This document shows positions 48,463-59,443 of a DNA stretch of 64,000 nt, one piece after another. Source of the stretch: Limisphaerales bacterium. Lineage in GTDB: Bacteria; Verrucomicrobiota; Verrucomicrobiia; Limisphaerales; SIBE01. The stretch spans positions 1 to 64,000 of the forward strand of contig JBGAIN010000014.1 of assembly GCA_044225505.1 (NCBI GenBank), in the 5' to 3' direction. The notes beneath the pieces were generated by a model that saw only the letters and a list, made by a program, of their open reading frames with translations, ran no database searches and had not been told where the DNA came from. Numbering within the stretch: position 1 is the first letter of the stretch; every line of letters starts with the position of its first letter. The position numbers and the translations under genes were made by a program.

Positions 48463-50295
48463 ATGAAGCGGACGAACAACCAGTCCCATCCGTCGGCTGG
48501 CGCAAGCCCAGCCAGTTCGCCCAGCACCGCGCGGCTATCCCTGGGGAAGAAACTGGTCTTCGCGGTCGTGACCGTAACGGTGCTATTACTTCTGCTGGAA
48601 GGGGTGCTCGCCTTGCTTGGGGTTAAACCGCAGCTCTACGATCGTGATCCCTATGTGGGATTCTCTACCCAGATCCCACTGTTTGTTGAATCACGAAACG
48701 CCGCGGGCGAACCGGTGATGGCCACCGCGCGCAACCGGCTGGAGTTTTTTAATCCACAACAATTTGCCAAGGTCAAAGCAGCTGGGACCTACCGCATTTT
48801 CTCGATGGGTGGATCGACGACTTATGGTCATCCTTATAGCGATCCGACCTCGTTCAACGGATGGCTGCGCGAATTCCTAATGGCGATGGTGCCGCAGAGA
48901 AAATTCGAAGTGATCAATGCAGGGGGAATTAGCTATGGCAGTTACCGGGTGGCACAATTGATGGAGGAACTCATCCATTATAAACCTGATCTGTTCCTCA
49001 TTTACTGTGGCCACAACGAGTTCTTGGAGCGTCGCATTTACGGCCAAGTGAACCGCACGCCGCGAGCCTTCCAAGGACTAGCGGGATGGGCGTGGCATCT
49101 GCGCTCGGCCACGGCTTTGCAGCGAGTGGTCGCCCCCATTCGCCGCCTGGACCGAGCCGAGGCAGCTGCCCAGAACGTGTTGGCGAGCGATCCGGTCACG
49201 ATGCTCGACAATTCACTGGGACCAACCGCTTACCAGCGAGATGACAATCAACGGGAGCAGACATTTCAGCATTATCAATTCAATCTGCGGCGCATGATCG
49301 ACATCGCTCGCTCCGTCGGAGCGAAAGTGATCTTCGTAACCCCAGCCTCGAATTATCGCGAGGTTTCTCCCTTCAAAAGTGAGCATCGGACTGGTTTGAG
49401 CGACGAGGACCGACGCCGCTGGAAGGAGCTCTACGACGCCGCTCGCGCGGACTTTACCAACCCAGTTCCCGGCCATGCGCTGGAAAGTCTGGCTGCCGCG
49501 GAGAAGATCGATGACCGGGCTGCGAATCTCTATTTTGTCCGCGGTCGGGTGTTGGAAAAGTTGAGTCGTTTTGAGGAAGCGAAAGCCGCCTACCAGCGAG
49601 CGATCGACGAGGACGTGTGTCCATTGCGCGGACCCAGCCAGATCCGGCGGATTTTAGCCGAAGTCACCCAAGAACGGCACGTGCCATTGGTCGATTTTCA
49701 GTCGTTTGTCGAATCGAAGTCGGAGCATAGCATTCCGGGCGCCAGTCTGTTTCTCGACCATGTGCACCCGACGATTGATGGCTATCGCCTGCTCGCTCTG
49801 GAGTTGCTGAAGGCGATGGAGCAAGAACATCTTGTCACTCCGAATTGGGATCCGAGTCTGATTCAGAAGACGACCCAAGCAGTCCTGGGGCGAATCGATC
49901 TGCGCGCGCACAGCCTCGCCCTCATGAACCTCTGCAAGACCCTGGGTTGGGCGGGAAAACGAGAAGAGGCCTACCGAGCAGGCGTCCGCGCGACCGAAAT
50001 CGGGGGAGGCATCGCCGAAGTGCAATATCAAACGGGACTCGCCGCCCAATTATCGGGAAGAACCAACGAGGCTCTGGGTTTTTATCAGGCGGCGGTGGGG
50101 CTACAGCCTGACCTCGCGGAGGCCCATTGCGCGCTCGGGGTCGTATTGGAGGATACCGGACGGCTGACCGACGCCTTGCGGGAATATCAACTCGCGCGCA
50201 AGTTCAGCAAACCCAAGAATATTCAACGAGATGAAGCAAACGTGTCGAGAGTCGGCGCGAAACTTGGAGGAGCAACTGGGCGAGTCTCACCCTGA
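48463..50295 (+). CDS. Membrane-anchored SGNH/GDSL hydrolase-like + TPR protein
   Basis: MGGSTT, INAGG, GHNE, DHVHP blocks; TPR insert and TPR tail. Confidence 0.85.
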   Translation: MKRTNNQSHPSAGASPASSPSTARLSLGKKLVFAVVTVTVLLLLLEGVLALLGVKPQLYDRDPYVGFSTQIPLFVESRNAAGEPVMATARNRLEFFNPQQFAKVKAAGTYRIFSMGGSTTYGHPYSDPTSFNGWLREFLMAMVPQRKFEVINAGGISYGSYRVAQLMEELIHYKPDLFLIYCGHNEFLERRIYGQVNRTPRAFQGLAGWAWHLRSATALQRVVAPIRRLDRAEAAAQNVLASDPVTMLDNSLGPTAYQRDDNQREQTFQHYQFNLRRMIDIARSVGAKVIFVTPASNYREVSPFKSEHRTGLSDEDRRRWKELYDAARADFTNPVPGHALESLAAAEKIDDRAANLYFVRGRVLEKLSRFEEAKAAYQRAIDEDVCPLRGPSQIRRILAEVTQERHVPLVDFQSFVESKSEHSIPGASLFLDHVHPTIDGYRLLALELLKAMEQEHLVTPNWDPSLIQKTTQAVLGRIDLRAHSLALMNLCKTLGWAGKREEAYRAGVRATEIGGGIAEVQYQTGLAAQLSGRTNEALGFYQAAVGLQPDLAEAHCALGVVLEDTGRLTDALREYQLARKFSKPKNIQRDEANVSRVGAKLGGATGRVSP

Positions 50296-50632
50296 ATGCA
50301 CGAGCAGCATTGTCCGACTTTCGCAGCCAGTTCATGCTCTTCATGGTTTCTTAATTCTCCGTGGACTAGACTGGGAGATCAGCCATGCGTAGGCACGCCG
50401 AACGACTCGTATCTCGGTTTATGGTTAAGCGATGGGCACCTCCCCAGCGCAAGAGCCAAGTGGCCCTAGACACTGCTCATGGACAAGGTCCATCGATTAA
50501 ATCTGGCGGTCTTTACCCTGGAATCGCGCATGATCGATGCGAGTGGGCTAACGCGCCAATACAAGCTCCGTTTGGCAGAACCGTCGAAATCACGTTACGA
50601 ACACTTGGCAATCGTGTAACAACCCTGCAACT

Positions 50633-52834
50633 ATGAAACTGGCTTCCAACGTAATCAGAATGAACCGACTTCGCTACGGCGCTCTCACCGCTCTTGCTTT
50701 GGGATTGGCGGCCAGCAACTTCGCACAGTTTCCAGACCAGCGACCTCCACGCGGAGACGATCCGGGCGGCCCTCCATCCGATCAGTTCGAAGGGCCTGGT
50801 GGGCCGCGATTCGGTCCCGGAGGTCCGGGCGGACCAGGAGGTCCAGGTCGTGGTGGCTTTGGCATGAGTCAAGAGCGGGCTTTGGTCAAGCAATTCGACA
50901 AAGACGGCGACGGACGCCTCAACGCGGCCGAGCGAAAAGCGGCGCGCGAACTTCTGACCAAAGAAGCAGGGGAAGGGCGGGGCGGCAGGGGATTTGGTCC
51001 GGGAGGGATGCGGGGGCGAAATGGTTCTGCGGCCAACCAGCCTGGCAAAAAGCTCTCCCCCAGCGACGTGAAGATGTATCCCAAAGCGCCGCTTTACGAT
51101 TCGGGAACTTTAAGGACTTTGTTCCTGGAATTTGAAAACTCGGATTGGGAAAAGGAGCTTTCAGACTTTCACGACACGGACGTTGAAGTGCCAGCCAAGC
51201 TGATCGTGGATGGAAAAACGTATTTGGACGTCGGCGTTCATTTTCGCGGCATGTCTTCCTACATGATGATTGGTGAAGGGCAGAAACGCTCGCTCAACCT
51301 CTCGTTGGACTTCGCGCACAAGAATCAAGACTTAGCTGGGTATAAGACGCTAAACCTGCTCAATGCCCATGAGGATCCGACCTTCCTGCGTCCGATTCTC
51401 TTCTATGACATTGCGCGCTCCTATTTGCCGGCGCCGAAAGCCAACTTCGTGCGGGTGGTCATCAACGGTGAGAATTGGGGGATCTACAACAATGTCGAGC
51501 AGTTCAACAAAGACTTTGTTCGGGAATGGTTTGGCACCACCAAAGGCGCGCGTTGGAAAGTGCGTGGCAATCCGGGTGGGCAAGGCCGGCTGAGCTATCT
51601 CGGCGATGACCCGAAAGCTTATCAGGGAATCTACACATTGAAGAGCAAAGAAGACCCTAAAGCCTGGGCGTCACTCATTCGGCTTTGCAAGGTGCTGACT
51701 CAGACACCCTCCGACCAACTTGAGGCAGCCTTGAGTCCGTTGCTCGATATCGACGGCGCCCTCAAGTTCATTGCCCTTGATAATGCCCTCATTAATAATG
51801 ACGGCTATTGGATCCGGACGAGTGACTACAGCATTTACGAAGATGTCGACGGAAAGTTTCACATCTTGCCCCAGGACGCGAATGAAACCTTTGTTCGACC
51901 AGGAGGCCCGGGCTTTGGAGGTGGCCCTGGCGGCGGTCCCGGCGGACGCGGTGGCTTCGGGCCCGGGATGATGCTCGCACCTCAAATGCTTTCGCAAGGG
52001 GACAAGAACCAGGACAATCAGCTTTCCGCGGCGGAATTCTCTGCTCTGAGTGACGCTTGGTTCGACAAGCTTGATAAGGACCATACCGGAAAACTGAGTC
52101 AGGAACAGTTTTCCGACGCTTTTGGGGCATTGCTTCCCATGCCCGGTCGCGGGGGTCCACCCGGAGGTGGAGGAGGCCGAGGCTTTGGCCCAGGCCGGTT
52201 TATCGGACCCGGAGTCTTCGCCGCCGCCGACAAGAATAAGGATGGTTCCCTGACCGCGCCGGAATGGAAGGAAACGTTCAGCGGTTGGTTCGCAGCCTGG
52301 AATTCGGACAAAGCCGGCGGGTTAACCGAGGAAAAGCTACGGACTGGTTTAGCATCGGTACTTCCTGAGCCGAATTTTGGTGGCCCTCGTAATCGTGAAG
52401 GTGCCCGAGGACAGGGAGGACCAGGAGGTCCAGGAGGTCCACGTGGAGGTCCGGGGTTCGGCAACACGGCGGCCGTTGATGGAGTAAAACTCGACCCACT
52501 CATTGCGGCCAATGACGAAAGCAAACCGCTCATTTCCAAATTGTTGGCCGTGCCGGCATTGCGCACCCGGTATCTTGGCTACGTTCGCGACATCGCCGAG
52601 AAATGGCTGGACTGGAAGACGCTGGGACCTATTGCCGAACGCTACCACGCGCTCATTGCTGAAGATGTCCACATGGACACGCGAAAACTGGACTCGAATG
52701 AGGACTTCGACAAAGGACTCACCGAAGATGTTCGCGGCAATGGCTTCGGCCCAGGCGGCGGCGGCAGCATTAGCATCAAGAACTTCGCGGACCAAAGGCG
52801 GGCTTATCTCTTGAGCTTGCCACCGGCGAAATGA
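50633..52834 (+). CDS. CotH kinase family protein with EF-hand and Gly/Pro-rich inserts
   Basis: VGVHFRGMSS, LNLLN..DPT..R, GIYNNVEQ, NNDGY, PQDANE; EF-hand-like DKDGDGRL, DKNQDNQL, DKNKDGSL. Confidence 0.85.
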   Translation: MKLASNVIRMNRLRYGALTALALGLAASNFAQFPDQRPPRGDDPGGPPSDQFEGPGGPRFGPGGPGGPGGPGRGGFGMSQERALVKQFDKDGDGRLNAAERKAARELLTKEAGEGRGGRGFGPGGMRGRNGSAANQPGKKLSPSDVKMYPKAPLYDSGTLRTLFLEFENSDWEKELSDFHDTDVEVPAKLIVDGKTYLDVGVHFRGMSSYMMIGEGQKRSLNLSLDFAHKNQDLAGYKTLNLLNAHEDPTFLRPILFYDIARSYLPAPKANFVRVVINGENWGIYNNVEQFNKDFVREWFGTTKGARWKVRGNPGGQGRLSYLGDDPKAYQGIYTLKSKEDPKAWASLIRLCKVLTQTPSDQLEAALSPLLDIDGALKFIALDNALINNDGYWIRTSDYSIYEDVDGKFHILPQDANETFVRPGGPGFGGGPGGGPGGRGGFGPGMMLAPQMLSQGDKNQDNQLSAAEFSALSDAWFDKLDKDHTGKLSQEQFSDAFGALLPMPGRGGPPGGGGGRGFGPGRFIGPGVFAAADKNKDGSLTAPEWKETFSGWFAAWNSDKAGGLTEEKLRTGLASVLPEPNFGGPRNREGARGQGGPGGPGGPRGGPGFGNTAAVDGVKLDPLIAANDESKPLISKLLAVPALRTRYLGYVRDIAEKWLDWKTLGPIAERYHALIAEDVHMDTRKLDSNEDFDKGLTEDVRGNGFGPGGGGSISIKNFADQRRAYLLSLPPAK

Positions 52835-55104
52835 TTAGAAGTGTGAAGCGAGCCTGGCCAATCGTCCTGGCGATTGCGGGTATCGGCGGTTTGACCAACG
52901 CCATAGCCGCCGAAGAGGAAGGGCAAGTCCGCGTTGCTGCGCACGCTCAGGAGACCACTGTAAGCGTGGCCGGCAGTCCCAAAGATGAGTGGCGCTTTCA
53001 GACTGCCCAGGACTTGCGAACCTGGATGGACGCGCCAGCTCTAAAATCCGTTTACTCCGGATCCCTGTCTAATCAGGAAGTAACACTCGATCTAAGTGTG
53101 TCGAGCTACGGCTTCATCCGCGCTGTCAAAACAGCGGGCCTGTTTGACACCCACTTGCTGAGGACGATTCACCTGACGTTCACGAACCCAAACTGGGCTA
53201 TCGCGTTGGCCAACGGTCGAACGCGAGGAACCAACACTCCAGGAACGCTCCACCTAGATAACGGGGTTATGGTGACTACCATCGGCGCGCGCTACAAGGG
53301 CAACACTTCCTTTCAGATTGGAGGCAACAAGAAATCGGTGAATCTGGACATCAACTGGACCGACCCAGAGTCCCGGGTCATGGGCTACCGGGCGATCAAC
53401 CTCAACAATGCCGCCGGAGACAGCACTCTCATGCGGGAACCACTCTATTTTAATGTCATGCGTGAGTATGCGCCGTCGCCCCATGGCGCTCTGGCTAGAC
53501 TGGTGATCAATGGTGCGGATTGGGGCGTTTACTCAATGGTTGATCAGATCAATAACGACCTCTTGGATGACTGGTTCCCAGGCCATGACGGGGACCGCTG
53601 GCGCGCTCCCAACGTCGGAGGCGCCGCAGGTGGGGGTGGACCTGGCGGCGGCTTTGATAGCGCGGCTTCTGCCTTCAGTTATCTGGGAACGAACATCGCT
53701 CGCTATACCAACAATTACGAACTTAAGTCAGCTAATTCCACCAATGCCTGGAAACGACTGGTCCATGCGATTGATGTGCTTAACAACACCGCGACGAATG
53801 CGTTGCGCAACACGGTGGAGGAGGTCTTTGCGGTCGATCGCTGGCTCTGGTTCCTCGCTGTCGAAAACGTCTTTGTGGACGACGACAGCTACTGGAACAA
53901 AGGGGCAGATTACGCCTTCTATTACGAACCAGAGAGCGGCCGGATACATCCGGTTGAGCATGACGGCAACGAGGCATTCACTTCGGCCATGGGAGCCACA
54001 GTTACGCTCTCGCCTCTCCAAGGCATGACGGGTTCGAATCGTCCCCTGCTTTATCGTCTACTCCGCATCAACGAACTGCGTCAGCGATATCTCGCGCATA
54101 TGCGAACCATCCTGGCAGAGCGCTTTAATCCAGATTACCTGACCCCAGTTATCGATCACTTTCACCAATTAAGTGCTGCAGACATTGCGAACGACCCCAA
54201 AAAAAACTTCACGATGAGCGCGTACATCAATGCCCTGCGCGCGCTCCGCGCCTATGTCACTAACCGTCACACCTTTTTGACTAACCATGCGGAACTGAGG
54301 CCTTTGGCACCGGTTATTCTCGGCGTTAGAGGTCCCGCGGCAGAGGTCGGTCCGGCCGATATCCCAACGATCACGGCTGAAGTTCATGGCAGTGGCAGCG
54401 AAGGAGTTGAGTCGGTTTGGCTCTACTGGAGAGATAAACCATACGGCCGCTTCACCGCAGCGCCAATGTTTGACGATGGTGCTCATAACGATGGGATGCC
54501 TGGAGACGGGACGTTTGCTGGAGTGACAACGAATTTTCCAGCTGGGCACAAGATTCATTACTACATCGAGGCACGCGCTAATAACGCGGCTCAAGCCGCG
54601 GCCTTTTCTCCAATCCGGGCCGAAGAAGCCACTTACGACTATCGCGTCGGGCTGATCTCAGCCACGAACAAGTTAGTCGTGATCAACGAGATTATGCCAA
54701 GCAATCGCCGCACTTTGGCTGATCCTCAAGGGGACTTTGATGACTGGGTCGAACTCCGCAATTTGACGGATGAACCCGTTGATCTCAGTGGAACTTATCT
54801 GACAGACGATGCATCTGACCCGCGCCGTTGGGCTTTCCCGTCCGCCACGGTCATTCCCGCCCATGGTTACCTATTGGTTTGGGCCGACGGACAAGATCTG
54901 GACACTCCCGGATTGCATGCCAACTTCAAACTCGATGCGGATGGAGAAGAGCTTTACCTAATCGGCACAGATGCCAATCTCAATGAGGTCCTCGACTCCG
55001 TGCGGTTTGGGCCCTCGACTGCAGATCAGGCATTTGGCCGGTCCGGAGCGAACGAAGATACCTGGACAGTCTTAGCCCCAACGCCGAATGGGCCGAATCC
55101 ATGA
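52831..55104 (+). CDS. CotH kinase family protein with lamin-tail domain
   Basis: GARYKGNTS, INLNN..D..MRE, DDDSY, HDGNE; C-terminal VVINEIM..DWVELRN..F.L...GE; ATGA overlap with the upstream gene. Confidence 0.87.
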   Translation: MIRSVKRAWPIVLAIAGIGGLTNAIAAEEEGQVRVAAHAQETTVSVAGSPKDEWRFQTAQDLRTWMDAPALKSVYSGSLSNQEVTLDLSVSSYGFIRAVKTAGLFDTHLLRTIHLTFTNPNWAIALANGRTRGTNTPGTLHLDNGVMVTTIGARYKGNTSFQIGGNKKSVNLDINWTDPESRVMGYRAINLNNAAGDSTLMREPLYFNVMREYAPSPHGALARLVINGADWGVYSMVDQINNDLLDDWFPGHDGDRWRAPNVGGAAGGGGPGGGFDSAASAFSYLGTNIARYTNNYELKSANSTNAWKRLVHAIDVLNNTATNALRNTVEEVFAVDRWLWFLAVENVFVDDDSYWNKGADYAFYYEPESGRIHPVEHDGNEAFTSAMGATVTLSPLQGMTGSNRPLLYRLLRINELRQRYLAHMRTILAERFNPDYLTPVIDHFHQLSAADIANDPKKNFTMSAYINALRALRAYVTNRHTFLTNHAELRPLAPVILGVRGPAAEVGPADIPTITAEVHGSGSEGVESVWLYWRDKPYGRFTAAPMFDDGAHNDGMPGDGTFAGVTTNFPAGHKIHYYIEARANNAAQAAAFSPIRAEEATYDYRVGLISATNKLVVINEIMPSNRRTLADPQGDFDDWVELRNLTDEPVDLSGTYLTDDASDPRRWAFPSATVIPAHGYLLVWADGQDLDTPGLHANFKLDADGEELYLIGTDANLNEVLDSVRFGPSTADQAFGRSGANEDTWTVLAPTPNGPNP

Positions 55105-55143
55105 TTATTCGAGAACTCCGTGGGCACTTCGCGCTGGGAGAGA

Positions 55144-58100
55144 TCATTGATGAACCGGATCGAGAGCATCGATATCTTGTAGCGGCGGTGCTTGCCAAAT
55201 GTGAACCTGGCCCTGGATATTCTCAGCGGCCAGGAGAGTGCCCTCTGGAGAAAACGCGACCCGAGTGAAGATGGAGCCTTCGCCGCCCAATGTGGCGACT
55301 TCGTGGCGAGAATCTACATCCCAGAGCTTGACGGCTTCATTCTTCGCACTGACAGACGCCAAGCGTTGACTGTCTGGTGAAAAGGCGACGTCATGGACGC
55401 CAAGTAAATGGCCCCGCAGTACATCTTCGACTCGTTGACTAGCAAGCCCCCATAAGGCGACCGTGCCTTCGCGTGAAGCCAGGGCTAGATATCGTCCATC
55501 GGGAGAAAAACTGCTCTGTCCAAAGCCCCAGCCTTCTTGATTGATCGTTGATCTGATCTCTCCGTTAACCAAGTCACGCACCTCCAAGACGTTGCCTGGT
55601 CCAGCGACCGCCAAGTAACTCTCGCCAAGCCCAATTGCCGGCTTCAGCCCAAACCACCCCAAACCTACCCGCGAGTTGCCAATCACGTTGTCGCTCCAAG
55701 ATGCCGTATCCCAAACTCGCAGTACTCCCTCGGGTCCATAGGTCACCAAGGTTCGACCACCGTGGATCACTCCGACTGGAACAACCTGTCCTCTCCCAGT
55801 CGCCGCCATAATCACATTGGTGATTACACGACGTGCCGGCCAATCCAAAACAGCCAGACGGCCTCCTTTGAGCGCGATATAAACGCGCGTTTCGTCCGGC
55901 GAGATAGCCACGCGCTCCGCTTTCGTCCCAAGCGACGACAAACTCTCGATCTCACGGCCGTTTACCGGATCCCACTGCCGAACGACACCGACGGAATCCA
56001 CTGCCAGGATTTTCTCTGTCCTGGGAAAAAACTGGAAGTCAACGATCGGTCCTTGGATCAATTGATAACGCCGCTGCGGCTCGGTCGCTTGCACATTCCA
56101 ACCGAAAAGCGACCCGTCTTTGCAGCCACTCATCAGCGTTAGACCATCCGCAGCCACGTGAGCGCAGTTAACTTCCGATCGGTGCCCTCGCAGCACAGCG
56201 AGTTCGCGGCGGGCTGTCAAATCCCATACGCGAATCGTCTGATCTGCGCCGGCTGAAATGAGCCGCTTCCCATCCGGACTGAAGCTCAACCCCGGAATCC
56301 ACGACGCATGTCCCACCAACTCACCGAGCTCTTTGCCCGCCGAGACGTCAAAGAGCTTTATGGATGTCTCGACCTCGGTAAAGCTAGGGCTAACCGCCAA
56401 AATCCTACCGTCGGGCGAGAAGGCCAAGCATGCGTTGCCACGATCAAACGCGATGACATTGAGTGCCTCACGTCCGGTCATAACGTCCGTAACGCGGATG
56501 CGATCGCCCTGGCTCATTGCCACCCACTTGGCGTCTGGAGAAATACACCCCAGAGAGATCCGAGGACGTCGCGGCGGAAATTCTCCGGCGTCTTCGGGCA
56601 CGTTGGGAGCGTCGCTCGATAAGTCCCATGTTCCAATCTGGCCGTCGTCGCCAAGAAAGATCAACTGATCGTCCGCGGTTGAGACAGCCAGCGCTTGAAC
56701 TCGAAGCCGCACCGCAGTTTGTCGAAGGATCTTCAGGTCAGGCAAGGACCATACCTGCAAGACATTCCTCTGCGGACCTTCGCTCGATGCCACAATAATC
56801 CGGTCGCTCTTTCGTGAAAAGGCGAATGGTCCATCCCCTGCTCTCTCGGAACGAAGCGACGCGATTTCCGTCCGTCCAGGCCAGTCCCAAAGTTTGACCG
56901 CACCGCGCCTGTCTCGCGTCGCGAGGTATCGATTGTCCGGGGATAGGCTGAGCTGGACTACGGAGTTTGATTGACGAGGAAAGGCAAACGCGGCTTGGCT
57001 TGGCCTGATTCCAATAATAACGCCATTCCCACTGCCGAAAGTCCCGTTCGGGCTCGGTCTTCAAAAAGGAGGTTGAACTGGCCTTGGGTCTCTGGCGGTC
57101 AATCAGGTCCAGCACACGGCCGTAGTTATTCGCCAAGAGGGCCTGCGGCACGAGGTTCATATCGGAATTGTAGGCGCGCCGAAGCGCTGCCGCACGTTGC
57201 AGTTCCGCTTGCCGGCGCTGTTGAACCTCTCTCTGTCGAGCAGTTTCGGCGACACGCAAAAGAAATGCGCGATCGCGCTCTGCCTTTGTAGCGCGAACTG
57301 CTTGCCAGGTACTCACCGCAGTAGCCATCAGCAGTACGACGAGCATGGCGGCGCTTCCCGCCACCAGCAGTTTGTTGCGTTGGACGAACTTCTGCAGAAG
57401 GTAGGTGCGGCTGGGAGGCCGCGCGGTGACCGCTTGCCCAGTCAAATACCTTTCGACGTCTCGCGCCAAAGAGCTAGCGGAGTCGTAGCGTCGTGTTCGA
57501 TCCTTCGCGACTGCTTTCATCACAATCCAGTCCAAGTCCCCACGAACCGACTTCAATAAAGATGCCATTTTCTCGCGCCGGTGCCTGACTACTTCGGCCG
57601 CTTCGGCCATGTTCAGCGACCGCAGGCAAGTCGAAGGCCAAGGTGGCTCTTTCTCACGCAGAGTCCGTCGCATCGCCTCCAGGCCGGACTCGAGCAACTG
57701 CTTGCCGTCAAATGGCGTCTTGCTCGTGAGCATTTCATAGAGCAGGACCCCCAAGCTATATACGTCCGTCCGCGTATCGATATCCAAGCCGCTCGTTTCC
57801 GCCTGCTCGGGACTCATGTAAGCTGGGGTTCCGATCAATTGTTCTACCGCCGTCACCAGCGTTTTCTCGGTAAGCGGTTGTTCGATCGCTTTTGCGATTC
57901 CAAAATCGATGACTTTCGGGACGGACGTACCATCATGGGAACTCACCAGAATGTTGGATGGCTTAATGTCTCGATGAATGATGCCGCGCTGATGCGCGTG
58001 TTGGATGGCTCGGCAGACCAGAATGAACAAATCTAGGCGTTCGGGAGTAGAGAGATTATTCCGGTCGCAATACTCAGTGACTCGGACGCCTTTAACTAAC

Positions 58101-58669
58101 TCCATGACGAAATAAGGACGTCCATGCTCAGTGGTTCCAGCATCAAAAACCTTGGCGATATTTGGATGGTCCATCCGCGCAAGCGCTTGGCGTTCGGCTT
58201 CAAATCGAGCGATCACGGCGCGCGTATCCATTCCTGCCTTGATGACCTTGAGAGCCACTTCCCGGCGCACTGGCTCCTCTTGCTCTGCACAATAAACCGT
58301 CCCGCACCCTCCTTCACCGATTAACTCTTTCAGGCGATAACGCCCGATTCTTGCGCCTACACTCTCGACCTCCACGAAGGACGAACCGCCCCGCCGACCG
58401 GACAGACGTGCTCCCGCTCCATCTGACGGATTTGGAGTCGCCAGTGCTGGGGAGTCTAGGAAGTCCCCTAACTGAGCCTGTTCGGCTAACAACTCTTCCA
58501 TCCGCTGGCGGAGCATTGGTTGGCCATCGCAGGCCGCATCCAGGAATGCGGCTCGCTCCGCCGGATGAGAGATCTGCAGCGCCGCCGAGAAGACTTCGCG
58601 CGGGAGCTTGTCAGGATGAGTAGTGTTTCGCTTCACTCGCAAGATCGATGCAACCTGTACATGCGTCAA
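55144..58669 (-). pseudogene. Ser/Thr protein kinase-WD40 fusion split by a frameshift near 57000 (ORF track 56738..58669 and 55144..56793)
   Basis: Kinase motifs IGEGGCG, VALK, HRDIKPSN, DFG, GTPAYMSPEQ, then WEWRYYWNQA. The WD40 frame is open up to 57060 and reads SQAAFAFPRQSNSVVQLSLSPDNRYLAT..VKLWDW from 57000. Confidence 0.8.
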
Positions 58670-58782
58670 AACAGCTTAAGTTCCGCAATTTGCGGGCAAG
58701 AGCAGCCTCTTCGCCTACCAGAGAATCCAACCAGGAAAAGAAAAACCCAAGTGCAACGCGCGTTGATCTGCGAATAATGCAT

Positions 58783-59340
58783 TCAACGGCCGCCCCGGAT
58801 TTGCCGACTCAGCCATGCCCGCGCATAGGTCCAGACGCTTTCGGCTGTGCGCTTCGGCAAATCCAAAGCCGCCGCCGCTTCATCCATGGTCATTCCCACA
58901 AAGTACCTTAACTTGACCAGTTCAGCAGCCATCGGGTCTTCGGCTGCCAATTGGTCGATCGCCTCATGGACTGCCAGTAACTCATCGGCGGGCGCCACAA
59001 GGACCATATGCGATTCGTGAAGTTCCTCACGATGAGCACCTCCTCCTCGCTTGAGGCTCCGTTTCCGGCGGGCATGCTCCACGAGGATCCGCCGCATCGC
59101 CTCCGCAGCCGCGACGAAGAAATGAGCACGATTCTCCCATTTTGGCTGCTCCGGACCGGCCAATCGCAACCAGGCTTCATGCACCAACGCGGTGGGTTGT
59201 AACGTATGGCCCGGCGCTTCAGCGGACATCTTGTAAGCCGCGATCTTCCGCAACTCGTCGTAGACCAGCGGCAGCAACTCCTTTGCTGGGTCGGCTTCAC
59301 CTCGCTCAATTGCGTCGAGCACCCGCGTCACTTCGCTCAT
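58783..59340 (-). CDS. ECF sigma factor, planctomycete kinase-associated type
   Basis: LLPLVYDELR, TLQPTALVHEAWLRL, AAAEAMRRILV, LRYFVG, W.YARAWL. Confidence 0.93.
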   Translation of the reverse strand: MSEVTRVLDAIERGEADPAKELLPLVYDELRKIAAYKMSAEAPGHTLQPTALVHEAWLRLAGPEQPKWENRAHFFVAAAEAMRRILVEHARRKRSLKRGGGAHREELHESHMVLVAPADELLAVHEAIDQLAAEDPMAAELVKLRYFVGMTMDEAAAALDLPKRTAESVWTYARAWLSRQIRGGR

Positions 59341-59443
59341 CAGCCTTAACGTTAGCGAATCCCCTGCCGTTTTCAATCCGCCTCGCCTGCAAGCTTGAGC
59401 ATGTTCGATTGGCAGCTGCCGGAAAGGTCGCTATGCTGTCTAC

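Noticed and set aside
50790..52460. GGA/GGT/CC-rich repeats
   Set aside because: Explained by Gly-Pro low-complexity coding in CotH.
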